From Desulfovibrionaceae bacterium (GTDB lineage: Bacteria > Desulfobacterota > Desulfovibrionia > Desulfovibrionales > Desulfovibrionaceae): a stretch of 43,639 nucleotides of DNA. Within the stretch, counting starts at the first letter, position 1. Every line of letters begins with the position of its first letter. Both the position numbers and the translations under genes were made by a program. The notes under the pieces are model-generated. The model made no database searches and was not told where the DNA came from. It was given only the letters and a program-made list of their open reading frames with translations. The stretch covers positions 1 to 43,639 of the forward strand of contig JBFWJM010000001.1 in the NCBI GenBank assembly GCA_050253205.1. The letters are read 5' to 3'. Positions 7,619 to 22,958 of the stretch are shown one piece after another.

Positions 7619-8596
7619 ATGCGAGTGATCGTCATCGGCGGCACGGGCTTCATCGGGAGGCATCTGGTGCGCCGCATCATGGATACCGGGCTGGACGTGG
7701 TCATCCTCTCGCGCAGACCGTCCAAGGTGGCGGAGATTTTCAAGCGCCACGTCATCGGCCTGGAGTGGGACGGATGCACGGCCAAGGGCTGGGGCCACAT
7801 GGTCTCGGCGGATACACGCATCGTGAACCTCGCGGGAGAGTCCATCGCCGAGGGCCGCTGGACCGCGCGCAAACGCAAACGCATCCTGGAGAGCCGCGTG
7901 AACGCGGGCCTCGCCGTGCTGGACGCCGTGCGCCACGCGGAGGAAAAACCCGCCCTGCTCATCCAGGGCTCGGCCGTGGGCTACTACGGCGCCCGGGGAG
8001 CGGAGCGGTTGGACGAAGCCGCACCACGCGGCTCGGGGAGCTTCCTCTCCGCAGTGACCAGGGACTGGGAGGCCTCCAGCGCGGAGGTCGAGGGCCTGGG
8101 CGTGCCGCGCGCGGTGGTGCGCACGGGCATGGTGCTCGGCCCGGGCGGCGCGCTGGCAAAGATGCTGCCCGCCTTCCGCCTCGGCCTGGGCGGGCGGCTC
8201 GGCAAGGGCGACCAGGGCGTGAGCTGGATCCACCTGGACGACGCCGTGGGCGCGCTGCTCTTCCTGATGCAGAAGCGGCTCCCCGGAATCTTCAACCTCA
8301 CGGCACCGAACCCGGTTCCCAACCGGGAGTTCGCCAGGGAGCTGGGCCGCGCCCTGCGCCGCCCGGCCGTGCTGCCCGCGCCGGGGTTCGCCCTCAAGCT
8401 GGCCCTGGGGCAGATGGCCGAGGAGGTCCTGCTCTCGGGCCAGTTCGCCGTGCCGACGGGCCTGCTGGAGGCGGGCTACCGCTTCGCCCATCCCGACCTC
8501 GGCCCGGCCCTGAAGAACGCGCTGGACGCCCTGCGCCCGGAGGCCCGGCCCGGCCCGGACGGCGGCCCCAAGGCCAAGAACAACGCCGCGGCCTGA
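7619..8596 (+). CDS. SDR-family epimerase, YfcH-like (TIGR01777/DUF1731 type)
   Basis: MRVIVIGGTGFIGRHL Rossmann start; GGAGG RBS; the 121 codons upstream in the track ORF look non-coding. Confidence 0.85.
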   Translation: MRVIVIGGTGFIGRHLVRRIMDTGLDVVILSRRPSKVAEIFKRHVIGLEWDGCTAKGWGHMVSADTRIVNLAGESIAEGRWTARKRKRILESRVNAGLAVLDAVRHAEEKPALLIQGSAVGYYGARGAERLDEAAPRGSGSFLSAVTRDWEASSAEVEGLGVPRAVVRTGMVLGPGGALAKMLPAFRLGLGGRLGKGDQGVSWIHLDDAVGALLFLMQKRLPGIFNLTAPNPVPNREFARELGRALRRPAVLPAPGFALKLALGQMAEEVLLSGQFAVPTGLLEAGYRFAHPDLGPALKNALDALRPEARPGPDGGPKAKNNAAA

Positions 8597-8630
8597 CCCT
8601 CGGCCCCCCATTCAGCACACGGAGAGCGCC

Positions 8631-10082
<1,452 letters not shown>

Positions 10083-10104
10083 CGCCCGGCTCCCACGTCG
10101 GCTC

Positions 10105-11436
10105 TCACTTGCGACGCAGCGCGTAGAATACATGGCCGTACTGGTCCGCGCGGCGTTGGAGCAGGTCCATCTCCTGCACCGTGGCCGCCACCAGGGCGCT
10201 GGCCTGGGGGTCGCCCGGATGCTCCGAGGCGAGCCTGCCGAGCCCCCGCTCACGCAAAGGCGCATGGATCGCCTCCCAATCCGAAAGCGGCTGCACAAAG
10301 CTGCCGAGCAGCTCATACCCGGCGCGCAGGGCCGCTTCCGCATGCTCCTCCACCAGCAGCATGCCGGGATACCCCTCGGCCCAGAAGTCGCGCGCCTCGG
10401 GCGCGGCCTCGGCCGCAGGCACCAGCCAGGAGAGGTCGGAGAGCACCACGAGCCCGGCTCCGGAGAGCAGCCCCGCCCAGGAGCGCAGCGCGTTCTCATA
10501 GCCCATGATGAACACGCACGACTCGGCCCAGACGAGATCAAAGGTTCCGGGCCCGAAGGGCAGGGCGGCCATGTCCGCACGGCGGACCTCCACATTGCCC
10601 GCACCCGCCTTGATCAACTTGGCCGAGAGCGTATCCAGGAAAGGCTGGTGCACGTCCGTGGCCGTGACCCGGGCACCGGGCAGGGCGGCCAGGTCAAGGG
10701 TGGTGCCGCCCGTGCCGCAGCCTATTTCCAGAATGCGCGGGTTCTCCGGCAGCGGAGGAAGCAGGGCCAGGGCCCGCGCCGTGCTCTCCGGCGAGCCGGG
10801 GCCCTGGCGCGGGGTATCGGCGAACAACTCAAACAGCAGCTCCAATTGTCGCTCGCTCATGTCGCGTATCCTCATGGCCTCCTGCGGAGCGCGGCTCCAG
10901 CGGCGGATGGCCCGGATGTCCTCCTCGGGCATGCGGAGCAAGCCGAGGAAGCGTTGATGTTCCTCCGGGGAGCGCGCCTCGAACGCCGCGTGCCAGCGGG
11001 CCACTTCCTCGTCCGTGAGGCCCGAGGCGCGCAGCATCCCGGTCCAGGCCCGCCTGTCCAGGGGGGCATCGCCGGGAAGCCCGGCCCAGCCCAGCAGCCG
11101 AAGCACCACTTCCCGTTGCTCCTCCAGCACGCGCAGCTCCCCCACGAGCGCGTGCAGGCGGTTTTCCAGGGCCCGGTTCACGGCGGTGTCGGGCGCGTCC
11201 AGCGCCCGGGCTATCTCCCGGAGCGGAAGCCCGGCCCGGCGGAAGGTCATGATCCGCTCCAGGCGGGCCTCGTCCTCTTCGGAGTAGCGCCGATATTCAC
11301 CGGGCGCGTGGTCCGAAGGCCGCAGCAGGCCGATGGAGTCGTAGTAGAGCAGCGTGGAACGGGAAAGCTCGAACCGCCGGGCCAGCCGGCCCACCGTCCA
11401 CGACCCGGGCCGGGCCGACTCCTTGCGCGCGCTCAT
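10105..11436 (-). CDS. MerR-family HTH fused to a class I SAM-dependent methyltransferase domain
   Basis: N-terminus WTVGRLARRFELSRSTLLYYDSIGLL...YRRYSEEDEARL (MerR); C-terminal ILEIGCGTGGTTLDLA (SAM motif I). Confidence 0.85.
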   Translation of the reverse strand: MSARKESARPGSWTVGRLARRFELSRSTLLYYDSIGLLRPSDHAPGEYRRYSEEDEARLERIMTFRRAGLPLREIARALDAPDTAVNRALENRLHALVGELRVLEEQREVVLRLLGWAGLPGDAPLDRRAWTGMLRASGLTDEEVARWHAAFEARSPEEHQRFLGLLRMPEEDIRAIRRWSRAPQEAMRIRDMSERQLELLFELFADTPRQGPGSPESTARALALLPPLPENPRILEIGCGTGGTTLDLAALPGARVTATDVHQPFLDTLSAKLIKAGAGNVEVRRADMAALPFGPGTFDLVWAESCVFIMGYENALRSWAGLLSGAGLVVLSDLSWLVPAAEAAPEARDFWAEGYPGMLLVEEHAEAALRAGYELLGSFVQPLSDWEAIHAPLRERGLGRLASEHPGDPQASALVAATVQEMDLLQRRADQYGHVFYALRRK

Positions 11437-11748
11437 GCGCTGCCCCCTCTGCCCGGCTTGGCTGCTGCGGGCCTGTGCTCCTGTCTATTCCAATGCTGCA
11501 TACGCTCCACACCTACGGCATATTCGGCCGATTGTCCGACCTCCGTGAAAGCCAGGGGAGGGCGCGGCCGCCACAAAGCGAACATGCGGGGTGAAGCCAT
11601 GGACAGGTCAAGCGCATTCCGCCACATTTTTGGTTTTCAAAATTGTCAAAAAACCCGGTTTTCCGCATTCATCGTTTACTCCCAAGGGGAATTCCACTAC
11701 AAGGGAGCCGAAAACGAGACGACCGACCATCGGCAAAGGAGCCCTGAC

Positions 11749-12921
11749 GTGAAGATCTCACAACGCCTGTCCCGGCTGAAGCCATCCGCCACCCTGGCCA
11801 TCAACGCCAAGGCCCTCGAACTCAAGGCCCAGGGCCGCGAAGTGACCAGCCTGGCCGTCGGCGAGCCCGATTTCGCCACCCCCCTGCACATCCGCGACGC
11901 CGCCAAAAAGGCCCTGGACCAGGGCCACACCCGCTACACCCCGGTGCCTGGCGTCCCGGCCCTGCGCGAGGCCATCGCCGGATATTTCAAACGGTTCTAC
12001 AACGTGGACGCGGCCATGGAGAACACCATCGCGTCCATGGGCGGCAAACAGGCGCTCTACAACCTCTTCATGGCCCTGCTCGACCCCGGCGACGAGGTGC
12101 TCATCCCCGCGCCGTACTGGGTGAGCTACCCGCCCATGGTGGAACTGGCCCAGGGCGTGCCCGTGGCCGTGCCCACCCAGCCGGAAAACAACTTCCTCGC
12201 CTCGGTGGACGACCTGGAAAAACATTCCACGGACAAGACGCGCATGCTCATCCTGAACACGCCGTCCAACCCCACGGGCTGCCACTACCCCCAGGCCCGG
12301 CTGCTGGAGCTGGCCGAGTGGGCGCTCTCGCGCGGCATCTTCATCGTCTCCGACGAGGTGTACGACCGCCTGGTGTACGAGCCCGCCGCCCCGTCCACAC
12401 TCTCCAAGTTCTGGGAAAAGCACCAGGAGAACGTGGCCGTGGTCAACGCGCTCTCCAAGAGCTTCTGCATGACGGGCTTCCGCATGGGCTACACCCTGGC
12501 CCACCCGGACCTGGTGAAGGCCCTGACCAAGATCCAGGGTCAGTCCACCTCCAACGTCAACTCCATCGCCCAACAGGCGGCCATCGCGGCCTTCAACGGC
12601 TCCTGGGACCTGGTGGAGCAGATGAACTCCGCCTTCCAGACCCGGCGCGACCTGGCGCTCTCCATCTTCAAGAGCTGGGGCGTGAACTGCCCGAGGCCCG
12701 ACGGCGCGTTCTACGTGTTCCCGGTGCTCAGCCAGTTCTATACGGACGACGCCCCGGGCTCCACGGCCATGTGCACCAAGATATTGGAAAAGGCGGGCGT
12801 GGCCCTGGTGCCCGGCGAGGCCTTCGGCGACGACCGCTGCATCCGCTTCTCCTACGCGGTGAAGGAAGACGTGCTCGAAACTGCCCTCGGCAAGGTGGGC
12901 AAGGTGCTGCTCGGGCGTTAG
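11749..12921 (+). CDS. aspC: Aspartate/aromatic aminotransferase (class I PLP enzyme)
   Basis: GTG start at 11749 with an AAAGGAG RBS; LAVGEPDF, NPSNPTG, SKSFCMTGFRMGY (PLP lysine) motifs; the track ORF N-terminal 539 codons are shadow. Confidence 0.88.
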   Translation: MKISQRLSRLKPSATLAINAKALELKAQGREVTSLAVGEPDFATPLHIRDAAKKALDQGHTRYTPVPGVPALREAIAGYFKRFYNVDAAMENTIASMGGKQALYNLFMALLDPGDEVLIPAPYWVSYPPMVELAQGVPVAVPTQPENNFLASVDDLEKHSTDKTRMLILNTPSNPTGCHYPQARLLELAEWALSRGIFIVSDEVYDRLVYEPAAPSTLSKFWEKHQENVAVVNALSKSFCMTGFRMGYTLAHPDLVKALTKIQGQSTSNVNSIAQQAAIAAFNGSWDLVEQMNSAFQTRRDLALSIFKSWGVNCPRPDGAFYVFPVLSQFYTDDAPGSTAMCTKILEKAGVALVPGEAFGDDRCIRFSYAVKEDVLETALGKVGKVLLGR

Positions 12922-13010
12922 CCGCGCGGGCAATGTGAATTCGGGGGCCCTGGACTCCAAAGGGCCCGGCCCTTTGGCCGCCGGAGGCATGCAAACGCCC
13001 ACCCCACGGC

Positions 13011-13057
13011 AAAAAGAAACGCGGAGGTGGCATGCACCCCCGCGTTTCCGCGTTTTC
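13011..13057. terminator. Bidirectional hairpin terminator between convergent aspC and the COG1900 gene
   Basis: aaaaaGAAACGCGG-a-GGTG-gcatg-CACC-c-CCGCGTTTC-cgcgtttt; A/T runs on both sides. Confidence 0.65.
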
Positions 13058-13071
13058 CGTCTGTCCGAAGC

Positions 13072-14235
13072 CTAGAAGCAGTCGATCTCGGCCACGGGCT
13101 CGGTGAGCAGGAAGGAGCCTTCGTCTATCCAGCGCTTGAGCTCGTTGGCGATCTCCAGGCTGCGGGAGTAGCTGGTGAGCGGTACGGTGGTGGTGGCCTT
13201 GCCGTCTATCTCGATGGACCCGCTCATGAGCTCCTCGTAGGTGACCTCGGCCAGGGTCCGGCCCACCCCATTGGGGTAGTCGTAGCCGTAGTCCTTCACG
13301 GGCATCTGGATGTCCGCGTTGGAGACGCCCGTGAACCAGGCGATCTCCTCATTGAGGATGGGAATGGGGATGCCCACGCCCACGGCCAGGGAGCAGCCGT
13401 AGCCCACGATGGACATGCCGCGCAGGTAGCGGGCGTTCATCTTCTTGAGGTCGCCCTTGAGCATGAGCGTGCCGGACGGGGTGGTGGGCACGCCGCGCTC
13501 GTTGCGCGGGGGTTTGGGGTTGTGCTGCGTGCCGGAGCCGATGCAGTAGCCCACGCCGCCGCCCAGGAAGATGCGCGTGCCCAGGCCGATGGTCTTGAAC
13601 TGCGGGTCGTTGAACAGGGGCGAGAGCTGGCCTGCGGTGGCGAAGTTGGCGTTGTTGCCCTTGGGCTTGAGCGGGCCCATGTAGGTGTAGATGGTGCGGC
13701 TGGTGAGGTTCACGGCCACGTTGTAGTTCTGGTAGCAGTTGCGCGGGTTGAGCAGCCAGGCCTGGGGCAGGTCCGCCAGGGTGACGTCCTTTTCCAGTTC
13801 CTTCCTGGGGTAGCAGTCCGTGCCGTAGGCCTCGGCGCGCAGGTGCACGGCCTTGCCGCGCACCAGGTCCTCGATGACATGGCCGCCGCCGTAGGCGAAG
13901 CGCCCGGGGTAGACCTTGTTCAGCGGGTCGTCCTCGGCGGGCTCGGTTGCGCCGATGTAGGCATCCACGGCGGCGATGCCCGCATAGCAGGGCACGTTGT
14001 TGAGCCAGACCTTGGAGGTTTTCATCACCGGAGGCTGCTGCCCCTGGTTGAAGAGCACGCCCGAGGAGCACATGGTGGAGAAGGTGCCGGTGGTGACCAC
14101 GTCCACTTCCCTGGCGGCCTCGGCCTTGCCCCGGCTGCGGACGATCTCCACCATCTCCTCGGCATTGACCACCACGGCCTTGCCTTTCCTGATGCGCTCG
14201 TTGATTTCCTGGATGGTCTTTTTCACCTCGGCCAC
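13072..14235 (-). CDS. COG1900/DUF39 homocysteine-biosynthesis protein (MA1821 family)
   Basis: 387 aa, GTG start with an AGGGAGGG RBS; VVTTGTF...CYAGIAAVDAYIG...FLGGGVGY pattern characteristic of the family. Confidence 0.8.
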   Translation of the reverse strand: MAEVKKTIQEINERIRKGKAVVVNAEEMVEIVRSRGKAEAAREVDVVTTGTFSTMCSSGVLFNQGQQPPVMKTSKVWLNNVPCYAGIAAVDAYIGATEPAEDDPLNKVYPGRFAYGGGHVIEDLVRGKAVHLRAEAYGTDCYPRKELEKDVTLADLPQAWLLNPRNCYQNYNVAVNLTSRTIYTYMGPLKPKGNNANFATAGQLSPLFNDPQFKTIGLGTRIFLGGGVGYCIGSGTQHNPKPPRNERGVPTTPSGTLMLKGDLKKMNARYLRGMSIVGYGCSLAVGVGIPIPILNEEIAWFTGVSNADIQMPVKDYGYDYPNGVGRTLAEVTYEELMSGSIEIDGKATTTVPLTSYSRSLEIANELKRWIDEGSFLLTEPVAEIDCF

Positions 14236-14512
14236 GGGGCCCTCCCTGTGTCGCTCGCCGACCCGAAAACCAATCCTCGAAAAGGCCGGGAGGCGTTGTC
14301 ATTTGTGCAAGCGGCGATCCTCTCTCAATTTTTTCACAAAGGCAATTTTTTTTCTCCCCAGGGGGGTTTCCAGCGGGGGAAAACTTGGCTTCGGGGCTGA
14401 AATCTGGTACAAAAAACAACCCTGGGCGCGAGCGGGGCTGGCCACAGGGCTCTCTTATTTTTTAGTATATATATTCAATGGTTACAAATACAAGAAATCG
14501 ACGACCCACATC

Positions 14513-15817
14513 GTGAAACAAGCCCTGCGCGAACACCTCCTGCAAACCTGCTCCGACAAGGAACTGGCCAGCTGGTTTGATCCGCTTTCGCTGACCGCCC
14601 CGGACGACTCCGGGCTGGTGAGCGTGTCGTTTCCGCATCCGTTCTTCGCCACCTGGTTCGAGGCGAACATGCAGGCCCGTTTCGAGGCGGAGATGCTCCA
14701 GTTTCTGGGCACGGCGGTGGAAATCCGCTACACCAACGGCGCGGGCCGCGCACGCGGGAAGGGTGAATCCCCGGCCGTGACGGCCAAGCTCGAATTCCCC
14801 TACGACAGCCAGTTCATCTTCGAGACGTTTCTGATCAACAAAAAGAACTACTTTCCCATGGCCTCGGCCAGGGAGGTGACCAAGCAGGCGGGCAGCCTGT
14901 TCAATCCGTTCGTCATCTGCGGGAAGAACGGCTCGGGCAAGACGCACCTGCTGCGCTCCATCGCCAACGAACTGAGCAAGAAGGTGGAACACAAGTCCAT
15001 CCTGCTGCTCTCCATGGACGAGCTGAACAACCTTTTCCGGGTGAGCTTCGCCGGAGACCGCTTCCGCGCGAGGGATTTCATCTGCTCCCACAACCACCTC
15101 TTCATCGACGACTTCCAACAGATCCAGAAGTACGACCAGATGCAGCAGGAGATGGTCATCCTGTTCAACCACTTCTACGACAACAAGAAGCAGATGGTCT
15201 TCGCCTGCCTGGACAAGCTCTCCAGCTACGATTTTCTCGACCCGACGCTGCTCTCGCGCCTGGAGTGGGGGCTCATCGTCAACCTCAAGCAGCCCGACCT
15301 GGAAATCCGCATCGAATACATCCAGGACCGGGCAAGGGTGAAGAAGCTGCCGCTGACCAAGGAGCAGGTCCTGACCCTGGCCCAGCGGTTCAAGGACTTC
15401 CGCTACCTGCAAGGCATCCTCATCAAGCTGGCGGCCTTCCGCGAGCTGGTGAAGAAGGAGCTGACCAAGAAGGACTTCGAGCGCATCCTCACCAACACCG
15501 AGGAAAACACCACCGAGACGCTCAACGCGGACCACGTGATCCAGGCGGTTTCCGAACATTTCGGCATGGCCGTGAAGGAGATCAAGGGCTCCAAGCGCCA
15601 CGCCCAGATCGCCCAGGCGAGGCAGGTGGCCATGTGGCTGTGCAAGAACCTCCTGCCCGTGTCGTACCCGGCGCTGGGCCGGGCCTTTGGCGGCAAGGAC
15701 CACTCCACGGTGCTCTACTCCGTCAAAAAGATCGAACAATTGAAAGATGATGACGAGGATATGAACCGATTGTTGAAAGAGTTGAAGAAGAAATGTCTCT
15801 TGCTTGGTCGCAGCTGA
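14513..15817 (+). CDS. dnaA: Chromosomal replication initiator DnaA
   Basis: GKNGSGKTHLL Walker A, IDDFQ Walker B, C-terminal DNA-binding helix ...GGKDHSTVLYSVKKIE; only an in-frame GTG (14513) is available as start, so the start is uncertain. Confidence 0.9.
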   Translation: MKQALREHLLQTCSDKELASWFDPLSLTAPDDSGLVSVSFPHPFFATWFEANMQARFEAEMLQFLGTAVEIRYTNGAGRARGKGESPAVTAKLEFPYDSQFIFETFLINKKNYFPMASAREVTKQAGSLFNPFVICGKNGSGKTHLLRSIANELSKKVEHKSILLLSMDELNNLFRVSFAGDRFRARDFICSHNHLFIDDFQQIQKYDQMQQEMVILFNHFYDNKKQMVFACLDKLSSYDFLDPTLLSRLEWGLIVNLKQPDLEIRIEYIQDRARVKKLPLTKEQVLTLAQRFKDFRYLQGILIKLAAFRELVKKELTKKDFERILTNTEENTTETLNADHVIQAVSEHFGMAVKEIKGSKRHAQIAQARQVAMWLCKNLLPVSYPALGRAFGGKDHSTVLYSVKKIEQLKDDDEDMNRLLKELKKKCLLLGRS

Positions 15818-15951
15818 CAAAAGCGCCTGTTGCGCACTTCGGCGCACCGGAAACCGACACGGGATGTTTCCAACTATAAAAATGAAAACAAGGCGTTGGC
15901 CGCGCTAGGAACAACAAGCGGCGGCTAACTACTACCACAAGGAGTATTTCT

Positions 15952-17112
15952 ATGTTCTTGAGGGTAAACCGGGACGAAATCATCGAAGGCTTGCAGAAGT
16001 CCGCGAACATCATCCCCGCCAAGACCGGAGCCGCCTTCCTGCGGACCATCTGGCTCAAATGCGAGGACGGGCGGCTGAACATCATGTCCACGGACTCCAA
16101 CCTGGAGTTCTGCGGTTCCTATGCCTGCCGCATCGAGGAGGCCGGGCTGGCCGGGGTCCAGGGGCGCGCCTTCTACGAGCTGGTGCGCAAGCTGCCCTCC
16201 GCGGAGCTGACCATCAAGACCGACCCGGACAAGCAGAACATCCTCGTGGAGCAGGGCTCCAGGAAGTACAAACTCCCCGTGAACGACGAGGAGTGGTTCC
16301 AGAAGTTCTCGGCCTTCCCGGAAAACGGCACCGTGTTCTGGTCTGGCGACTTCCTGCACGAGGTCATCGAGAAGATATCCTACTGCATATCCGACGAGGA
16401 CTCCATGGAGGCCATCGCCTGCATCAACATGGTGCCCTCCAAGGACGACGAGGGGAGCATCGAGGTCTGCGGGCTCAACGGCCACCAGTTCGCCATGATG
16501 CGCTTCGTCAACGACGACATCCACGAACTGCTGCCCGAGGAGGGCGTGCTCATCCAGAAGAAATACCTGGCGGAGCTCAAGAAATGGCTCACCGCCGACG
16601 AGATCGAGATGAACATCTCCGAGAAGCGGCTCTTCTTCCGCACCGGGGACAAGACGGAGACCTTCTCCCTGCCGCTCTCGTACTACCAGTACCCGAACTA
16701 CAACAACTTCCTGGCCCGGCTCTCGGATGACGACGTCTCCCGGCTGAGCGTGGTCCGCTCGGAGCTCATCGAGGCCCTGGAGCGCATCTCCATCTTCAAC
16801 ACCGACTCCAACCGCTGCACGCACTTCCTGTTCAAGAACGGCGAGGTGGTGCTCTACTCCCAGGGCCAGGAGACGGGCACGGCCACGGAGGCCATCGAGG
16901 CCGAGTATTCCGGCGGGCTGGAGCGCATCGCGTTTCCCACCAAGAACCTCATCGACATCCTCGGGCACTTCAGCTCCAAGCGGGTGGAGTTCGTGCTCAC
17001 CGGGGCCGAGGCCCCCAGCGGCATCACCGGGCCGGACGACGCCGAGTACCAGACCATCCTCATGCCCATGATGATCCAGGAAGAGACCTACTACACCGAA
17101 GAGGACATGTAA
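15952..17112 (+). CDS. dnaN: DNA polymerase III beta sliding clamp
   Basis: 386 aa, AAGGAG RBS; position after dnaA; typical N-terminus MFLRVNRDEIIEGLQK... Confidence 0.95.
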   Translation: MFLRVNRDEIIEGLQKSANIIPAKTGAAFLRTIWLKCEDGRLNIMSTDSNLEFCGSYACRIEEAGLAGVQGRAFYELVRKLPSAELTIKTDPDKQNILVEQGSRKYKLPVNDEEWFQKFSAFPENGTVFWSGDFLHEVIEKISYCISDEDSMEAIACINMVPSKDDEGSIEVCGLNGHQFAMMRFVNDDIHELLPEEGVLIQKKYLAELKKWLTADEIEMNISEKRLFFRTGDKTETFSLPLSYYQYPNYNNFLARLSDDDVSRLSVVRSELIEALERISIFNTDSNRCTHFLFKNGEVVLYSQGQETGTATEAIEAEYSGGLERIAFPTKNLIDILGHFSSKRVEFVLTGAEAPSGITGPDDAEYQTILMPMMIQEETYYTEEDM

Positions 17113-19509
<2,397 letters not shown>

Positions 19510-20520
19510 GCATGAGCTATTTTCTGTTCGTCGATGAGAGCGGTTTTGACCGCAAGCTGGCCCCTTACGAGGTGCTGGCCGGGGTATGCATCGAAGATCG
19601 TGAGATATGGAACCTTATCCAAAGGGTATGGGAAGCGGAAGAGCGGTTTTTCGGGATGAGGATCACCCTCGGAAAGCTCGAACTCAAGGGAAAGAAGCTG
19701 CTGAAGAGGAAAACATACCGCCTGGCATCACAAGCGGGCCTGTTTTCCTTCGAGCAGCGCAGGGAGCTGGCCGGGCAGTGTCTGATGGACGGGGCGTGCC
19801 CCTCACGTGATCAGCTGACAGCGCTGGCGCAGGCGAAAATTGCCTTTGTGGGCCATGTGTTGGAGCTTTGCGCGTCGCATCGAGTCCGTGCCTTTGCCAG
19901 CATAGTGGACAAGACGGCCGAACGGCAGGAGGGCGACTTTCTGCGCAAGGATTACGCGTATTTGTTCGAGCGGTTTTGTTACTTTCTCAATGAGCCGGAG
20001 CGTGACGGGTCGGGGATTGTCGTCTTTGATGAGCTGGACAAGGCGCAAAGCCGTATTCTCGTCAACCAGATGGCGGAATACTTCCGCAATACGGCCAGGG
20101 GCAGGATGCGCTCGTCGAGGATCGTCCCCGAGCCTTTTTTCGTTCAGCGATCTGACCACGGCGATCCAGCTAGCGGATCTGGTGGCCTACATCATCAACT
20201 GGAGCGTCCGGTTTGGAACCATGGATGAGCCAATCCGCGCGGAGCTCTGCCCGCTAGCTGATCAGGTGCTGGAGCTTCGTCACCGAACCCATCAGCAGAT
20301 CAACGGGAACGATCATTTTGTGGTTTGAAGCTTTACTCAGATTCATGACCTGAGGCCCATGGAGCAGCAATGAAAAAAGGCAATGCCAGCTTGCGCCAAC
20401 AAAGCCTCCATGAAAAAAATAGACATTTTATGTCTATCGGTCAATCCAAAATGATTACAAACGCAATTTCTCACCATGCATATAAATAATAAATTTCCAG
20501 TCAGTTATATTTGGAGGAAT
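19510..20520. other. Low-GC insert between gyrB and gyrA
   Basis: Composition drop by eye; interrupts the otherwise contiguous dnaA-dnaN-gyrB-gyrA block. Confidence 0.6.
19512..20328 (+). pseudogene. DUF3800-family gene, split by a 1-nt frameshift in a T6 run (20135-20140)
   Basis: N-terminal MSYFLFVDESGF (DUF3800 signature) in frame 1 (to 20228); the family C-terminal signature ...FSDLTTAIQLADLVAYIINW continues in the +1 frame (to 20328); removing one T gives ...PEPFSFSDLTTAIQLADLVAY. Confidence 0.65.
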
Positions 20521-20522
20521 GA

Positions 20523-22958
<2,436 letters not shown>

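Noticed and set aside
14236-15951. Calling oriC next to dnaA
   Set aside because: There is only one DnaA-box-like 9-mer and no box cluster or clear DUE repeats. I left this as an open question rather than annotating a feature.
20370-20489. 39-aa ORF (MKKGNASLRQQSLHEKNRHFMSIGQSK...) with a GGAG 5 nt upstream, in the DUF3800-gyrA spacer
   Set aside because: It is AT-rich and hydrophilic, with no recognisable motif and nothing to indicate conservation. It is probably a chance ORF in inserted AT-rich DNA.
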